Assembly: GCA_913045225.1 (NCBI GenBank)
Contig: CAJWPC010000004.1
Coordinates: 148,821 to 212,820 of the forward strand
From: an uncultured Rhodobiaceae bacterium
Lineage (GTDB): Bacteria; Pseudomonadota; Alphaproteobacteria; Rhizobiales; TMED25
Length of the DNA stretch: 64,000 nt
Direction of reading: 5' to 3'
Below, one piece after another: positions 62,178-64,000 of the stretch. The translations under genes were made by a program, and so were the position numbers. The number at the start of each line of letters is the position of its first letter. The stretch's first letter is position 1. Under the pieces are notes generated by a model. The model saw only the letters and a program-made list of their open reading frames with translations. It was not told the DNA's origin and did no database searches.

Positions 62178-63275
62178 TTAACTTAGATCATATATTTCTT
62201 TTAAATGTTTTATTTCATTTAAATACAAGGTTCGATTATTAATATTAGTAAGTAATGCCTCGGCATCACTATCGAAATTTAGGCCTTTTATTATATCTAC
62301 GACCTCGTCAAGATTGTCATTATAAATACTTGCCTTAATTTCCTCAATTACAGCATATTCTAAAGTCTTATTTTTTTTCTTGATAGAAATTTGATTTTCT
62401 AAAATACCAAAAATTTTTGACCTTATACCGCTATCTCCTCTGTAGAGAATAATATCTTCTTCGAGCAATAATTCTAACTCAAACACTAACTCATTGGGTG
62501 TAGGAATAGTTTTATCTGATAGTTCCATCAGATTGCTGAAGGCTTCAACATCATTATCGATACTTATCAGCAGGTCGACTTCGTTTCGAAAATCTTTTTT
62601 ACCAGCAACATTCTTTTCAATTCTATCTATAACTATTGCTGCAATATTCTTTTTATTCTTATCACTCTCTAAATTATTCCTCGGTTCATTTTCCTTTGAT
62701 TCAAAAAATTTTTCTTGAGTTTCATCCGAAATCACCTCAGAGTTTATTGATTTCCCCAATAATTGAATGTTATCCATATAGATCTCTTCAGTAAGTAATG
62801 CGTTGTCTTGTGATTTTAATTTTTTCTGATTTTCAGAATTGATATATTGCATAAGTTGATTATTTGTATTTGAAATAATGTCATTTTTTTCTGAAATCAC
62901 CTTAAGCATTTCGCTTAACTCTATCATCTGAGACTCTAACCTGAGTAATGCCTGATCTTTTCTCTCAAGATCCAAAAGTAATTGATTATTGTTACTTATT
63001 TGAGTCTCAATTTTATCAATTTTTTTATTTTGTTCAGAAATAACCTCATTTTTCAAAATCGTGAAGTTAGCCAAATCTGGGTTTGATTTGAAAAAGAGGT
63101 AAGACGGTAATGCAAAAATTAGAAGAAATCCCAAGCCAATAAAGAACTTCCTATTTAATTTAATCTTTAAGAGGGCAAATCTCTTCGAGGCTGCCTTGGA
63201 TTTGGACCCACTACCCTCTTGTTGATCTATGGTAACTTTTGGCTTTATCTGTTTTTTTCGAGTATTAGCATTCAT
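62178..63275 (-). CDS. COG4223 / mitofilin (Mic60)-like membrane-anchored coiled-coil protein
   Basis: Single TM FFIGLGFLLIFALP, long coiled coil, position between hemD and hemY; sequence highly diverged. Confidence 0.6.
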   Translation of the reverse strand: MNANTRKKQIKPKVTIDQQEGSGSKSKAASKRFALLKIKLNRKFFIGLGFLLIFALPSYLFFKSNPDLANFTILKNEVISEQNKKIDKIETQISNNNQLLLDLERKDQALLRLESQMIELSEMLKVISEKNDIISNTNNQLMQYINSENQKKLKSQDNALLTEEIYMDNIQLLGKSINSEVISDETQEKFFESKENEPRNNLESDKNKKNIAAIVIDRIEKNVAGKKDFRNEVDLLISIDNDVEAFSNLMELSDKTIPTPNELVFELELLLEEDIILYRGDSGIRSKIFGILENQISIKKKNKTLEYAVIEEIKASIYNDNLDEVVDIIKGLNFDSDAEALLTNINNRTLYLNEIKHLKEIYDLS

Positions 63276-63293
63276 GAAATACAAAAAATTATC

Positions 63294-63989
63294 TTACAAT
63301 AAATCTAAAATCGCATCTTCTGTTGGCTCAGTCAGAATTTTTGATTGAATCCCTTCAGCTTGGAGCATGGATGCAATATTCTTTGATATACAATATGCCA
63401 TAATTATTGACGTTTTATTACCTAAATTATATTTCTTTAAGGCCTCCAAAAAAATTACTGCAGTTCTAAGTGAAAAAATTATAACAGATATTTGTTTACC
63501 TATATTAAACTCTTTTAGCGCTTCCTTATTAAAAAAAATCTTTTCCCTTGCAGTATACGCAACAGAATCGTCAATTTCGATGTTTGTACCTCGAAAAATT
63601 GATTTAAAATCAACTGTGACATCACGACCTCTCAGGTACAATATCTTAGTATCATTAATTGGAGTATATGACCTAAGTGCATCTAATAAATCATTCACGC
63701 TTTCATGAAAAATATATTCATTATCGGGAGCAAACTCTTTGACTTCAGCGTAGGTTGATCTACCGCAGGCATGAACTTTTTTTTTTGAGAATGTTGGGTT
63801 TTTTTTGACCAGCGATCTTACCGCATGCCTACTGGTAAACAAAACCCGGTCATAGTTTGAGAAATTTATATTTCTTTTCTTATATAAGATCTCAAGAAGT
63901 GGATTTATTAAGCACTCAACCCCGCGTAACTCAAAATAATCTTGCATCCGTTTTGAGTCTGCTAATGGTCTGGTAATAATGAGCTTCAT
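63294..63989 (-). CDS. hemD: uroporphyrinogen-III synthase
   Basis: LIITRP, LFTSRHAV, CGRST, LYLRG, FSLRTA, CIS. Confidence 0.88.
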   Translation of the reverse strand: MKLIITRPLADSKRMQDYFELRGVECLINPLLEILYKKRNINFSNYDRVLFTSRHAVRSLVKKNPTFSKKKVHACGRSTYAEVKEFAPDNEYIFHESVNDLLDALRSYTPINDTKILYLRGRDVTVDFKSIFRGTNIEIDDSVAYTAREKIFFNKEALKEFNIGKQISVIIFSLRTAVIFLEALKKYNLGNKTSIIMAYCISKNIASMLQAEGIQSKILTEPTEDAILDLL

Positions 63990-64000
63990 ATTATGTTATT

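Overview
AT-rich, very compact chromosomal segment of an alphaproteobacterium. Its gene order resembles Rhizobiales/Hyphomicrobiales, and the compaction suggests a streamlined marine lineage (inference). 1-31.4 kb is core metabolism: priA (partial), tal, xerC, zapE-mdh-sucCD with sucAB-lpdA absent from their usual slot, a 10-gene corrin-ring (cobalamin) cluster with a His-repeat CbiX, ispG-panBC, ispA, rpmF, sdhCDAB, leuCDB-asd and rplS. 31.6-56.7 kb is a ~25-kb block of 25 mostly catabolic and transport genes with no regulator or mobility gene. It holds 2 amidases, a cyclase, 2 monocupins, a bicupin, 2 paralogous enolase-superfamily enzymes with a non-canonical strand-8 signature, Gfo/Idh/MocA, ketopantoate-reductase-like and Ldh_2 dehydrogenases, a ThDP enzyme, GST, an alpha/beta hydrolase, FAH, an amidohydrolase and several transporters. 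It matches no pathway I recognise and is the best candidate for an undescribed system. 56.7-64 kb returns to housekeeping genes: aroE, TerB-GATase-rhodanese-small Cys-rich protein, an aldo/keto reductase, and hemD-COG4223-hemY. I saw no rRNA, tRNA, CRISPR array or IS element. All calls come from motif reading and recalled gene-order knowledge; no database search was run.
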